Source of the DNA: a virus
Lineage: Duplodnaviria > Caudoviricetes
Length of the DNA stretch: 43,321 nt
Reading direction: 5' to 3' (one strand)
IMG/VR virus record: IMGVR_UViG_3300048855_000180
Location: 1 to 43,321 of that record
How positions within the stretch are numbered: position 1 is the first letter of the stretch; the number at the start of each line of letters is the position of its first letter. This document shows positions 1 to 7,794 of the stretch, in pieces. A model generated the notes under the pieces. That model made no database searches. It saw only the letters and a program-made list of their open reading frames with translations, and was not told the DNA's origin. The position numbers were made by a program, and so were the translations under genes.

Positions 1-1080
1 CTATCGTATCAACTTGATTTTGCTAGCCTTTCGGCCGTTTGTGCCAGTCTGTGACACGCCTTGTGACAACCGCAAAACGGCGGCTTCTGCGAGCACCTCT
101 TGGCGCGCGCTGGCGGTGTACAGCGAGACCATCGCGAGGCTCCTGTGGCCGGTGATGGCGGCGATCTCGCTGGCGCTGCACCCGGCCTCAGCAAGCCTGG
201 TGGCGGCAAGTTTCCGAAGCCCATGGATGTTCAAGCCGGGGCGCATGCCGAGGCGCGCAGCCTCCCGCTGGACCCGCATGCTGGCCCACTCCTTGCCCCA
301 GGGCTGACCGGTGGCGGAGGTCAGCATGAACACGCTGTCGCGGCTCCATGAGGCTAGCTCCTTGCGGAGTTCTGGCACTGCCGGGATGACGAGCGGGGTG
401 CCGGTTTTCTGCTGCTTGACCGCTAGCTTCGCCCCGTCAAAGGCGCTCCACAGCAGGCTGATCAGGTCGCCCCGGCGCTGGCCGGTGTGGTAGGCCAGGA
501 CCACCAGCCGCCGCTCAGGCTCCCGGAACTCCCGCATTGCCAGCCGGGCTTCCGCCTCTGTCCAGGCCAGCAGGTGGCCGCCCTTGAGCGGCTTGATCCT
601 AGCCGCGGGGTTGTACTCCAGCATGCCGCGGTCAACGCACCAGCCCAGGAAGGCGTGGGTCGAGGCGATGAAAACGTTAGCAGCGCCCGGCCCCTTGCCG
701 GCGGCGATCCCATCCCGCATCAGCAGGATCTTGCCGCGCTTCAGGCTGACCAGAGGCAAGTGGCCGATCTTCTCCAGGCCGATCATATATCTGGTGCGGC
801 CGGATTTCGTGGCCTCGCTAAGGCCGCGGTACTCAGGGGAGCGGCGCCATTCCGACAAGGCAGCCCCGATCGAGCCCTCGGGGCCGGCGGGCATCGGCGC
901 TCTGGCCGCTTTGAGCGCATCCAGAAACGCCGGGTCTGCCGGGTCAGGAAGCCGGGCGCCGCTGACCCGGCAGTACCAGTCGAGCCCCTTAGTCCCGTCT
1001 GCCCTTTGACGCGCGACCGCGCGGAGCCCTTTGGGTCTTGGTGGCAAGTTCGGTGGCCACGGCGGCGTAGAGTGCGTCAT
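1..1080 (-). CDS. int: Tyrosine recombinase / phage integrase
   Basis: Catalytic motifs TGQRRGD (R), KQQKTG (K), HGLRK (HxxR), ITGH...Y; start taken at ATG 1080 (the ORF track extends to 1116). Confidence 0.95.
   Translation of the reverse strand: MTHSTPPWPPNLPPRPKGLRAVARQRADGTKGLDWYCRVSGARLPDPADPAFLDALKAARAPMPAGPEGSIGAALSEWRRSPEYRGLSEATKSGRTRYMIGLEKIGHLPLVSLKRGKILLMRDGIAAGKGPGAANVFIASTHAFLGWCVDRGMLEYNPAARIKPLKGGHLLAWTEAEARLAMREFREPERRLVVLAYHTGQRRGDLISLLWSAFDGAKLAVKQQKTGTPLVIPAVPELRKELASWSRDSVFMLTSATGQPWGKEWASMRVQREAARLGMRPGLNIHGLRKLAATRLAEAGCSASEIAAITGHRSLAMVSLYTASARQEVLAEAAVLRLSQGVSQTGTNGRKASKIKLIR
40..68. repeat. Three TGTG(C/A)CA direct repeats in the integrase 3' end; candidate arm-type Int binding sites
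   Basis: TGTGCCA 40-46, TGTGACA 50-56, TGTGACA 62-68; adjacent palindrome ATCAACTTGAT 8-18 resembles an IHF site. Confidence 0.45.
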
Positions 1081-1276
1081 GCGATACGGCCTTTGCGCCC
1101 TCACCGGACATGGCATTGTCCAAGTCCTGAATATCGTACCGTGGGCTTTTCGCCCCTAGCGTCCGGCTCGGCGGCCTGATCTTGCCATCCTTTACGAGCT
1201 TTGACAGCTGGTGCGGATAGACCCCCAGCCGGTCAGCGGCCGCCGCAGGGGTCAGCCAGCGGGCTGTTTCAGCCAT
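989..1276 (-). CDS. xis: Excisionase-like HTH protein
   Basis: WLTPAAAADRLGV...LVKDGKI...PRYDIQDLD winged-HTH pattern; overlaps the int start. Confidence 0.75.
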   Translation of the reverse strand: MAETARWLTPAAAADRLGVYPHQLSKLVKDGKIRPPSRTLGAKSPRYDIQDLDNAMSGEGAKAVSHDALYAAVATELATKTQRAPRGRASKGRRD

Positions 1277-1361
1277 CTTTGGAGCCCTCCTTGGCCCGAT
1301 AATGACCTGTTCTCGTGCCTAGGGTCAGGGTGCAGGCGGGATGCCGGGGTTGGGGGGTCAT
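1269..1361 (-). CDS. 30-aa linker ORF (MTPQPRHP...)
   Basis: ATGA overlap with the upstream gene; stop overlaps the xis start. Confidence 0.35.
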   Translation of the reverse strand: MTPQPRHPACTLTLGTRTGHYRAKEGSKDG

Positions 1362-1597
1362 GATATCTCCGTCCCGCTGCAGAGCCTGCCCCGCGTCCAG
1401 AACTCGATGCGCTGCTCCTCGGTGCCCTTTCGCAGGACCATCCAATAGATGCCTCGATCCATGCGCTCGATATGGACGGTCACATCCTCAGCATGCAGAT
1501 TGTCGAACCCAGTCAGGCAAAGCTTTCCATTGTCTTCCGGCCCGAGCACTGAGCACCAAGGATGTGCTGAGATGGTGGTCTTCCGGTCCTCACTCAT
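1358..1597 (-). CDS. Hypothetical early protein (MSEDRKTT..., 79 aa)
   Basis: ATGA-coupled on both sides within the early operon. Confidence 0.7.
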   Translation of the reverse strand: MSEDRKTTISAHPWCSVLGPEDNGKLCLTGFDNLHAEDVTVHIERMDRGIYWMVLRKGTEEQRIEFWTRGRLCSGTEIS

Positions 1598-1710
1598 CGC
1601 CACTGTCCTTCCACCCACCCAATCGCCCTCACCATCGCCTCGGCCACGTCGCGCTCGCCCGCTGCCAGGAGGCGCTCGACGTGCGCGGCCTGGCGGGCGG
1701 TGAGGGTCAT
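1594..1710 (-). CDS. Hypothetical 38-aa protein (MTLTARQAAHVERLL...)
   Basis: ATGA overlaps at both ends; below the ORF-track size cutoff. Confidence 0.55.
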   Translation of the reverse strand: MTLTARQAAHVERLLAAGERDVAEAMVRAIGWVEGQWR

Positions 1711-1889
1711 CGTGCGGCGCTCTCGTAAACGGAGAGGGGCATGACCAACCAGCTTCCGTTGCTGGAGATGCAGACCGGCTTCTCGCCACCTTTCTCCCGA
1801 CGCTCATATTCTTCGACCGCCTGAGCCGCTGCGCTGCCACTGCCGATGATGGAGGCTACCCGGCGCGCAATTTCGATCTGGTCTACCAT
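1707..1889 (-). CDS. Hypothetical 60-aa protein (MVDQIEIARR...)
   Basis: GGAG-type RBS upstream; TGATG coupling. Confidence 0.65.
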   Translation of the reverse strand: MVDQIEIARRVASIIGSGSAAAQAVEEYERREKGGEKPVCISSNGSWLVMPLSVYESAAR

Positions 1890-2290
1890 CACTCCCCCTC
1901 CATCCCGGCGAGACGCGCGCGCAGGGCTGCGGCGCAGAGGGCTAGCGGTGAGGTATTGGCGCGAGCACTGCCGGCCTGCCGGCTGGCATTGAACATGGAG
2001 GCCCGCGCCTGCTTGGCTGGATCGCCATAAGGGGCACACGTTTCCCACCAGAACCCGGCCGGCACCAGCGTCAGGGCGGCGTCTAGGCTTGCAGTATAGG
2101 CAGGCACATGCTCCCAAGCCCTGCCGTTACCCGGCCTTCCAGCGCAGATGCTTGTATCCAAGGGCGACATGTGAACGCCGCCCCATCCGAGAACCTGGGC
2201 AATTTCCGCATCAATCTCGCGATCCGGCCCCGCGCTTGCCTCCGCCCGCGCGATCAGGTCGCGGAGGGTGTCCTGTGTCTTCTCCATCAC
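1889..2290 (-). CDS. Phage protein, ABA-sandwich-like family
   Basis: GPDREIDAEIA...PAYTASLDAALTL...TSPLALCAAALRA pattern typical of this small prophage family. Confidence 0.65.
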   Translation of the reverse strand: MMEKTQDTLRDLIARAEASAGPDREIDAEIAQVLGWGGVHMSPLDTSICAGRPGNGRAWEHVPAYTASLDAALTLVPAGFWWETCAPYGDPAKQARASMFNASRQAGSARANTSPLALCAAALRARLAGMEGE

Positions 2291-2457
2291 CTTCCCTCCC
2301 AGAACTGATCCTGCGGCTCCGGCTTCACAGCCACCCGCTCCCGCATCGGCACCCGCTGTTGGATCTCCGTCACGCCGCGGCGGGTGATGAACAGCCGCAA
2401 CTCGCCCCCGCTGATGGTCATGCGGAACCCGTCGATGATCTCGGGGTCGTCTTTCAT
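2287..2457 (-). CDS. Hypothetical 56-aa protein (MKDDPEII...)
   Basis: GGGGAG RBS; overlap coupling. Confidence 0.6.
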   Translation of the reverse strand: MKDDPEIIDGFRMTISGGELRLFITRRGVTEIQQRVPMRERVAVKPEPQDQFWEGR

Positions 2458-2684
2458 CGTGTGCTCCCCGCCTGCACCGTCTCGGCGCTCTTGATCGCGA
2501 CAGCCGCCCGGTGGAGTTGCGCCTCCACGCGCTTCAGAGTGCGCAGGCAAACCGCGTCGCAGGTGCCGGTCGCTTCGATGTCGTAGATCGCCCCGGCCAG
2601 ATTGTTGCCGGCATCCGCAGCGGCATCGATGCCCAGCACGTCCGCGAGGTCGCGGATCAGTATGGTGGCGTCTCGGTCTGTCAT
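2454..2684 (-). CDS. Hypothetical protein (MTDRDATIL...)
   Basis: AGGAG RBS; ATGA coupling. Confidence 0.65.
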   Translation of the reverse strand: MTDRDATILIRDLADVLGIDAAADAGNNLAGAIYDIEATGTCDAVCLRTLKRVEAQLHRAAVAIKSAETVQAGSTR

Positions 2685-2998
2685 GGCTGCGGCTCCTGCT
2701 GGGCGAGCGCGGCGCGGACGGCCAGTCCTTCCGCCGTGAGCGCCCAAAGCCAATTGCGCCATTCTTCGACGTGCGCATTGACCCGATCAACCAACACAAC
2801 GTCTGCCAGTGGCAGGCGGTGTTCCTCTTGCAGAGCCCAGAGTGCCTGGGCGAGTTCATAGCTTTCCGGCTTTACGGGCTTGGTTGTGCCGTGAGGCCAA
2901 GGGCCGTAGACCCGGGCGTCACCTTCCGGCAGCCACAGAAGCGCCTTCCTCTGCGTTGGCGTCAGCTTCCGCGCGATCTCATCGGGCGTGTCTGTCAT
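2681..2998 (-). CDS. Hypothetical protein, possibly winged helix (KLTPTQRKALL...LTAEGLAVRA)
   Basis: GGAG RBS; ATGA coupling; LT..Q/LT..G pattern. Confidence 0.65.
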   Translation of the reverse strand: MTDTPDEIARKLTPTQRKALLWLPEGDARVYGPWPHGTTKPVKPESYELAQALWALQEEHRLPLADVVLVDRVNAHVEEWRNWLWALTAEGLAVRAALAQQEPQP

Positions 2999-3276
2999 GG
3001 CTGCGGGGCTCCGGGGCGGGTGGCGATCATGGCGCGGTAGATGTCTTTCGGGTCCACGTCCTCCTTGTCGATCCATCCCGCCTGCTGCATCTCTTCGGTC
3101 GGCTCCAGCGGCACCACTGCGAAGCCGGCGGCGGGGATGGCGTCGAGGGCCATTGCGGCCCAAGTGCGCAGAGCGATGGGCGCAAGTTGGACACCGAAGA
3201 ATGCTTCGAGTGGCCTACGCAGTCCCATCGCCATAGCCTCCACTAGCTCCGGCGGATGCGTCATCGGCTCAGCCAT
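2995..3276 (-). CDS. Hypothetical phage protein with VPLEPTEEM...YRAMIA motif
   Basis: Motif common in lambdoid early-region proteins; GGAGG RBS. Confidence 0.7.
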   Translation of the reverse strand: MAEPMTHPPELVEAMAMGLRRPLEAFFGVQLAPIALRTWAAMALDAIPAAGFAVVPLEPTEEMQQAGWIDKEDVDPKDIYRAMIATRPGAPQP

Positions 3277-3454
3277 GCGGGCCTCCCTGGTCTTCGTCTT
3301 CATCGCGAGGGTCGGGCAGCGGGCAGCTCCGGAATGGCCGGGCCTCAATCTTCGGGTTGCCGTTCTCGTCGCAGTAGCCATCGCGTATCTGCGGACAGCC
3401 CTTCCACACGCAATCGCCGTCGCGGTCAGCGTGGCACACTTCGCGGCAGGCCAT
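3269..3454 (-). CDS. Small Cys-rich protein (MACREVCHADRDGDC...)
   Basis: 6 Cys in 61 aa; GGAGG RBS; coupled to neighbours. Confidence 0.6.
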   Translation of the reverse strand: MACREVCHADRDGDCVWKGCPQIRDGYCDENGNPKIEARPFRSCPLPDPRDEDEDQGGPHG

Positions 3455-3798
3455 CACTTGCCTCCCGGGGTGGGGTGGAGGGCGGAGTAAGCAATCTCCC
3501 GGCATTCCTCTTCAGACTTCGAGAATTCGACATACCCGCCGTGATCTAGCTCTATCCGGTTATCAGCGACGATGGTTTTCAACGCCTCCCGCAGCCTTTC
3601 ATTCTCCGCAGTCAGCCGCTCGATCTGCTCCTGCGCAGCCGCATCGACGGGAGGGGTGGCTTCCTCGCGATGGATGACGGGCAGAGCGCGCATTGCGCGG
3701 ATCACGTCAGGGGCGACGCCAGCTTCCCGCGCGACATGGGCACAGCGTTCCTGCATGTCGCTCTGCGCGTCGCGGGATACGTCTCTCAGCTCAGACAT
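3454..3798 (-). CDS. Hypothetical coiled-coil protein (IERLTAENERLREAL)
   Basis: AGGAGG RBS before ATG 3798. Confidence 0.7.
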   Translation of the reverse strand: MSELRDVSRDAQSDMQERCAHVAREAGVAPDVIRAMRALPVIHREEATPPVDAAAQEQIERLTAENERLREALKTIVADNRIELDHGGYVEFSKSEEECREIAYSALHPTPGGK

Positions 3799-4279
3799 CG
3801 TGGCCTCCTGCGCGCTGGGTGGTTGTGGCCCGCCGGAACGAGGCCATGCGGGCTCCGGCCTTCTGCAGAATGTCGTAGTGGACAGCGGCGATCTCCCCGG
3901 CTGGCAGCCCGCGATCTCGTGCCCACTCGACGGCATGAGGCGCGCAGAACGCCACCACATGGCTCTTGAGGTCGGCAATCTCTTGCTTGACCCGTTCCCG
4001 CTCGGCCGCAGCACCATCCGCCAGCGCCGCCTCCACCAGCGCGGCGACTTCGGATGGCGTGCGGCAGGGGCCTCGGTACGAGAAGTGCAGGGCCATGCGT
4101 TCCGGGCTGTGCCCTACGTCCCCGTGCCACTCCATGCGGCCGTCCTCGCTGTAGGCGCCGGTCCATTCCAAGGCGGTAAGGACGCCGCACTGGCTAAGCC
4201 AATGCCACCCATCCCGCTCAGGGTTCAGCGGCAGACCAGGGGCGTCCGGCCACCCGCCGGGGTTCTCCTGCGCGGTCAT
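3791..4279 (-). CDS. Hypothetical protein (GWPDAPGLPLNPERDGWHWL)
   Basis: 162-aa ORF coupled in the operon. Confidence 0.7.
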   Translation of the reverse strand: MTAQENPGGWPDAPGLPLNPERDGWHWLSQCGVLTALEWTGAYSEDGRMEWHGDVGHSPERMALHFSYRGPCRTPSEVAALVEAALADGAAAERERVKQEIADLKSHVVAFCAPHAVEWARDRGLPAGEIAAVHYDILQKAGARMASFRRATTTQRAGGHDV

Positions 4280-4854
4280 GCCCGCGCCCCTTCCGAAGTC
4301 CGCGCCTGGTGCCGCTGGAGAACGATGCGCTTGGCTTCAGCGGCCCCCCTCAGCACCTCCAACATCTGCTCAGGGGTGAAGCCGAATTCCTGCTGCACGT
4401 TCGTTTCACTGGCCCCTCGCGTCAGCATGATCGCGCCTTCCTTCATGTCCTGGCGTAGGATCTGAGCGCGTACTCTTGCGTCAGACGCATCTGGCTTCGC
4501 CTTCCGGCAAACCACCGGGTGCATTGGCTTCCATTCCAAGTTGGACAGCCTGCAGTCCATGGAATCGCCGTTGATGTGGCGCGGCGTCGCGCGGGACATG
4601 TCGCCGACAAAGGCCATTAGCACGGACCGGTTGATGTAGATTAGCGAGCGCACCTTCCCTGGTCTCTGCATGTAGACCCGCGGGCTACCCGAGTGGCACT
4701 GCAGCGTCAGGATGCGTTCTGGCAAGATTAAGGGGGTCATGCGGCCGCCCCTCCGGCGGATCATGGTTTCGCGGCATACCGACCGGACACGTCCCTGGTC
4801 CGAAACCTCGTAGTCAGGGAAGCCGACGACGGGGCTCCATTGCTCGTCCATCAC
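4276..4854 (-). CDS. NUMOD4-HNH homing endonuclease-like protein
   Basis: EQWSPVVGFPDYEVSDQGRVRS (NUMOD4) and VLMAFVG...RHINGDSMDCRLSNLEW (HNH_3-like). Confidence 0.85.
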   Translation of the reverse strand: MMDEQWSPVVGFPDYEVSDQGRVRSVCRETMIRRRGGRMTPLILPERILTLQCHSGSPRVYMQRPGKVRSLIYINRSVLMAFVGDMSRATPRHINGDSMDCRLSNLEWKPMHPVVCRKAKPDASDARVRAQILRQDMKEGAIMLTRGASETNVQQEFGFTPEQMLEVLRGAAEAKRIVLQRHQARTSEGARA

Positions 4855-4933
4855 CCCACCTCCTTCTTCACAGCCAGCTTGATTTCCCTAGGCCACAGGC
4901 TGGGCGGCGTAAAAATCCCGAGGGGCGACGGGG

Positions 4934-5203
4934 TCATGCCACGGCCCTGCCATCGACGGTCGCGAGCCGCACCGGACCGCGGAGGATGAGCGCGATGGCC
5001 TGACGGTTGCACTGTGCGGCGTCCTGGCGGGCTTCAACCGCGAACCCTTCCGCGCCGGCGCGGTCGTACAGGTCGGCCGCCTCGTTGTAGCAATCGCGGC
5101 CCGCGGCGAAGTGGTTGCGCAGGGCAAACTGCGTCCCGAGACGCTTGGCGCGATTGGCGCATACGATCAGGTCGTTGCGCGTGGTGGTCAGAGCGGGCTG
5201 CAT
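4934..5203 (-). CDS. Hypothetical helical protein (MQPALTTTRND...)
   Basis: GGAG RBS; member of the operon chain. Confidence 0.6.
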   Translation of the reverse strand: MQPALTTTRNDLIVCANRAKRLGTQFALRNHFAAGRDCYNEAADLYDRAGAEGFAVEARQDAAQCNRQAIALILRGPVRLATVDGRAVA

Positions 5204-5289
5204 GCGTGCATCTCCAGCAACTGATAGATGACGAGGAAGAGGATGGCGGAGAACGCGAGGTAGCCGGCGACGAAGAGCTTGGTGGTCAT
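5188..5289 (-). CDS. 33-aa single-pass membrane peptide (MTTKLFVAGYLAFSAILFLVIYQLL...)
   Basis: Hydrophobic stretch; ATGA-coupled start. Confidence 0.5.
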   Translation of the reverse strand: MTTKLFVAGYLAFSAILFLVIYQLLEMHACSPL

Positions 5290-5498
5290 GGCTGGAGGCT
5301 CGTGCTGTCCGGCTTGTATTCGGGCGGGACCTTTGCCTCATCCCATTCCGAGCGCGGGTCCGCCTCGTCCCAGCAGTCATCGCATAGCCACTGTCCGTTG
5401 GAGTGGACGCGTAGGTCGCCCCGGTGGTAGTGGCCGCAGCCTTCGGGGTTGTTGTCCGCGCAGTTCGAGCAGACGTACATGATGCGGTTCTCGCTCAC
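5286..5498 (-). CDS. Small zinc-finger protein
   Basis: CSNC and CDDC pairs; AGGAGG RBS; GTGA coupling. Confidence 0.7.
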   Translation of the reverse strand: MSENRIMYVCSNCADNNPEGCGHYHRGDLRVHSNGQWLCDDCWDEADPRSEWDEAKVPPEYKPDSTSLQP

Positions 5499-5887
5499 GC
5501 CGCCCTCCTGTCAGCAAGCGCTGGAAACGCCGCAGCCTGCGCAGCATCCAGATCCTTGAGGATCAGCCGCGACTGCCGGTGCGACCACCGGAACTCCGCC
5601 ATGTCGCCGGCCAGCAGCGCCTCGTACGCCGCGGCCTTGTGCTCCACCTGCTCGGCACAGAGCCGCTTCCACAGGCGGTAAACACCGTTCGCCGCGCGCT
5701 TCCCCTCATCGCGTTCCGTGCGCTCCTGGGCGAGCAGGGAATAAATCCGGTACTGGATGGCACGCTCGGCGCGGGCGACGGAGAACTCGCGGAAGTGGGG
5801 ATCGGCCTCGCCGGCGGACGCGATGTACAGGTTCCAGTAGGCGCGCAGGCCGGTGGTGCGGGAGAGGATGCGGGTGGATGCGTTCAC
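5495..5887 (-). CDS. Hypothetical early protein
   Basis: 130-aa ORF; GGAG RBS; coupled. Confidence 0.7.
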   Translation of the reverse strand: MNASTRILSRTTGLRAYWNLYIASAGEADPHFREFSVARAERAIQYRIYSLLAQERTERDEGKRAANGVYRLWKRLCAEQVEHKAAAYEALLAGDMAEFRWSHRQSRLILKDLDAAQAAAFPALADRRAA

Positions 5888-6066
5888 CAGAAGTCTCCCT
5901 TCCGCGGCGGGGCAGCCTTCTTCGCCTCCGCCGCAATCATCTCCAGCGCGATGGCGCGCATCGCTGCCTCGTCGCGAGCAGCAGTGCAGGGCGGCATGAA
6001 CTCGCGGCCCAGCGCCTTCTGGTCAGCGATCAGCGCGGGGGTGGAGTAGGTGGTGTAGGGGGTCAT
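5884..6066 (-). CDS. Hypothetical 60-aa protein
   Basis: ATGA/GTGA coupling on both sides. Confidence 0.6.
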   Translation of the reverse strand: MTPYTTYSTPALIADQKALGREFMPPCTAARDEAAMRAIALEMIAAEAKKAAPPRKGDFW

Positions 6067-6446
6067 GCCGCCACCTGCGTGGCGCGGGCTGCGGCAATCA
6101 GGCGCAATACAGTGGAAGGTTGGAACGCGGTGATATGCGCCGCGTCACTCCACTTGCCCTTCTCGGCATCGCCTTCGCTGAGACCGAGCGACTGAATGTC
6201 GAAATAGGTGATGTGCGCCGCGCGGTAGGCCATGCCGTACCCGCGCCCCGGCAGAGTGTTTCCGAACTGCACGCATTCGGTGCCGCTCTGGAAGCTCATG
6301 TGGGTCCAAGCGCCCGGAGTGGCGGCAAGCGCAATCTTTTCGAGCGCATCGAGATCGGCTGCGCTGAACGGGGCATTCACATCAGGAGCGGCAGCATCAC
6401 GCTCGACCGAGGGGGTGTGTTGGGCGTCCAAGGGGGTGGCCTCCAC
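6063..6446 (-). CDS. Ead/Ea22-like protein, first gene of the PL operon
   Basis: LEKIALAATPGAW...DAAHITAFQPSTVLRLI motif. Confidence 0.75.
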   Translation of the reverse strand: MEATPLDAQHTPSVERDAAAPDVNAPFSAADLDALEKIALAATPGAWTHMSFQSGTECVQFGNTLPGRGYGMAYRAAHITYFDIQSLGLSEGDAEKGKWSDAAHITAFQPSTVLRLIAAARATQVAA

Positions 6447-6471
6447 GGAGCCGTGCTTGGCTCGTGAAGGT

Positions 6472-6517
6472 AGGATAGGAGCAGTCCTATCCGATGCGCA
6501 ATAGGATATTCCCTATT
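6472..6517 (-). promoter_or_regulatory. PL promoter with operators OL (6475-6490, 6501-6516)
   Basis: Palindromes ATAGG-AGCAGT-CCTAT and ATAGG-ATATTC-CCTAT overlap a minus-strand TTGCGC-N18-TATCCT. Confidence 0.75.
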
Positions 6518-6525
6518 CGCCACAC

Positions 6526-6550
6526 AAAAAAAGAGGCCTCCTACGGGCCT
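6526..6550 (-). terminator. Intrinsic terminator downstream of cI
   Basis: Minus strand AGGCC-N7-GGCCT followed by C and T7. Confidence 0.55.
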
Positions 6551-6581
6551 ACCCTATCCATAGTCTCTGCGGAGCGGGATC

Positions 6582-7298
6582 CTAGACCCCGTGGATCTCT
6601 GCCATCGTCAGAATCCGGTGCATCGTCGAGACGCAGTGAGTCTCGAATTCAAGCTCGATGGGCGGGTTGAACTGCTTGACGATCACGATGCTCGAGCTCT
6701 TACGCACCAGCTCCTTAACGTAGGCCATTGGCTCTTCGTGCGGCCCCTGTTGCACCACCATCACCACTCGGTCCCCAGGTCTGGCCGGCCGGGCGGGATC
6801 GACAATCAGCAACTCGCCATGGGGGAAGGCAGGCACCATGCTCTCCCCCTCAACGTAGAGGCCGTACGCTCCCCGGTTCCCCTCCAGGGTGGGCGGACGG
6901 CGGACGAAATCAACCACGTCGCCCATATGCAGGATGAACGCGCCATCTCCGTCACTGCCGGCGGCAGTCCCATACACAGGCAAGTCCCTCCGCATCGCCG
7001 CCAGTGGTAGCGGCTCGACCGGCCTCCCCAAGGCTACGGTGGAGGCGCCTGTCGGAAGCTTAGGCGACGCGGGAATTACGTCAAACGGTAATGACCCCGA
7101 TTCCCTCAACTGATCGGGAGAACATCCCAAGAACACCGCCAGCCTCTCGCGGACGAGTTCGGGCAGCTCGCGGGGCAACTGGCGCTTCAGAAACTGTTGA
7201 ATATAGGCGTGATTCTTCCCCGCCTCTCGCGACAAGGTGGCCATGTCGTGGACCTTCCGGTCGACGAGGTCCTGTAAGAATGCGCGCCCTGTAAGCAT
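6582..7298 (-). CDS. cI: CI-type repressor (HTH plus S24 autopeptidase)
   Basis: N-terminal HTH (LSREAGKNHAYIQQF), AAG cleavage site, VEGESM (Ser) and YVKEL (Lys); start set at ATG 7298. Confidence 0.93.
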   Translation of the reverse strand: MLTGRAFLQDLVDRKVHDMATLSREAGKNHAYIQQFLKRQLPRELPELVRERLAVFLGCSPDQLRESGSLPFDVIPASPKLPTGASTVALGRPVEPLPLAAMRRDLPVYGTAAGSDGDGAFILHMGDVVDFVRRPPTLEGNRGAYGLYVEGESMVPAFPHGELLIVDPARPARPGDRVVMVVQQGPHEEPMAYVKELVRKSSSIVIVKQFNPPIELEFETHCVSTMHRILTMAEIHGV

Positions 7299-7379
7299 AG
7301 GAGGTTCCCTAGCCGATCCTTTGCTAGGCGTCTCGGCGGATTTATCCTCTTGCATGTATAGGGTTAGTCCTATCATAAT
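7297..7379 (+). promoter_or_regulatory. PR promoter with operators OR (7297-7312, 7358-7373)
   Basis: ATAGG-GTTAGT-CCTAT lies between TTGCAT (7350) and CATAAT (7374); ATAGG-AGGTTC-CCTAG overlaps the cI start. Confidence 0.75.
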
Positions 7380-7385
7380 AGGATT

Positions 7386-7598
7386 ATGGACCATCCGGCA
7401 GACCTCCTCGCCCGCGTAGAAGCCCATCTTGCGCAGACCAAACTGGCCCCGAGCAAGTTCGGTCTTCAGGCGGTGGGCGACCCTAATTTCGTGCGTGATC
7501 TGCGCCAGGGGAGGGAGCCCAGGCGCCGGACGGTCGAACGTGTGATGGCCAAGCTGGCGCCTGCGAACGCGGTGCGTGACGAAGCGCGGGCTGCCTGA
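7386..7598 (+). CDS. cro: Cro-like HTH repressor
   Basis: Divergent from cI; APSKFGLQAVGDPNFVRDLRQGREPR motif. Confidence 0.85.
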   Translation: MDHPADLLARVEAHLAQTKLAPSKFGLQAVGDPNFVRDLRQGREPRRRTVERVMAKLAPANAVRDEARAA

Positions 7599-7794
7599 TG
7601 TCCCTCTTTTCTTCCCGCCCGGCGCGTCATCGCTGCCTTGGCGTAACCGACTGTGCCTTCGCTTCCTACGAGCCCGCCCAAACGGAATCGAGCCAGGGTT
7701 GCCGCCCTAGCCCGTGCCTTCCGATGAGTCCCGAACTCTCTAAGCAGCTGCCGAAATCCTCGTTGCCGTCTTCCTCATCTTATGGAGAAGACCG

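Noticed and set aside
3572-4465. 297-aa plus-strand ORF
   Set aside because: Opposes a tightly coupled minus-strand gene chain; no motifs
7299-7427. Longer cI start given by the ORF track
   Set aside because: Would run through PR/OR and overlap cro; the HTH begins after ATG 7298
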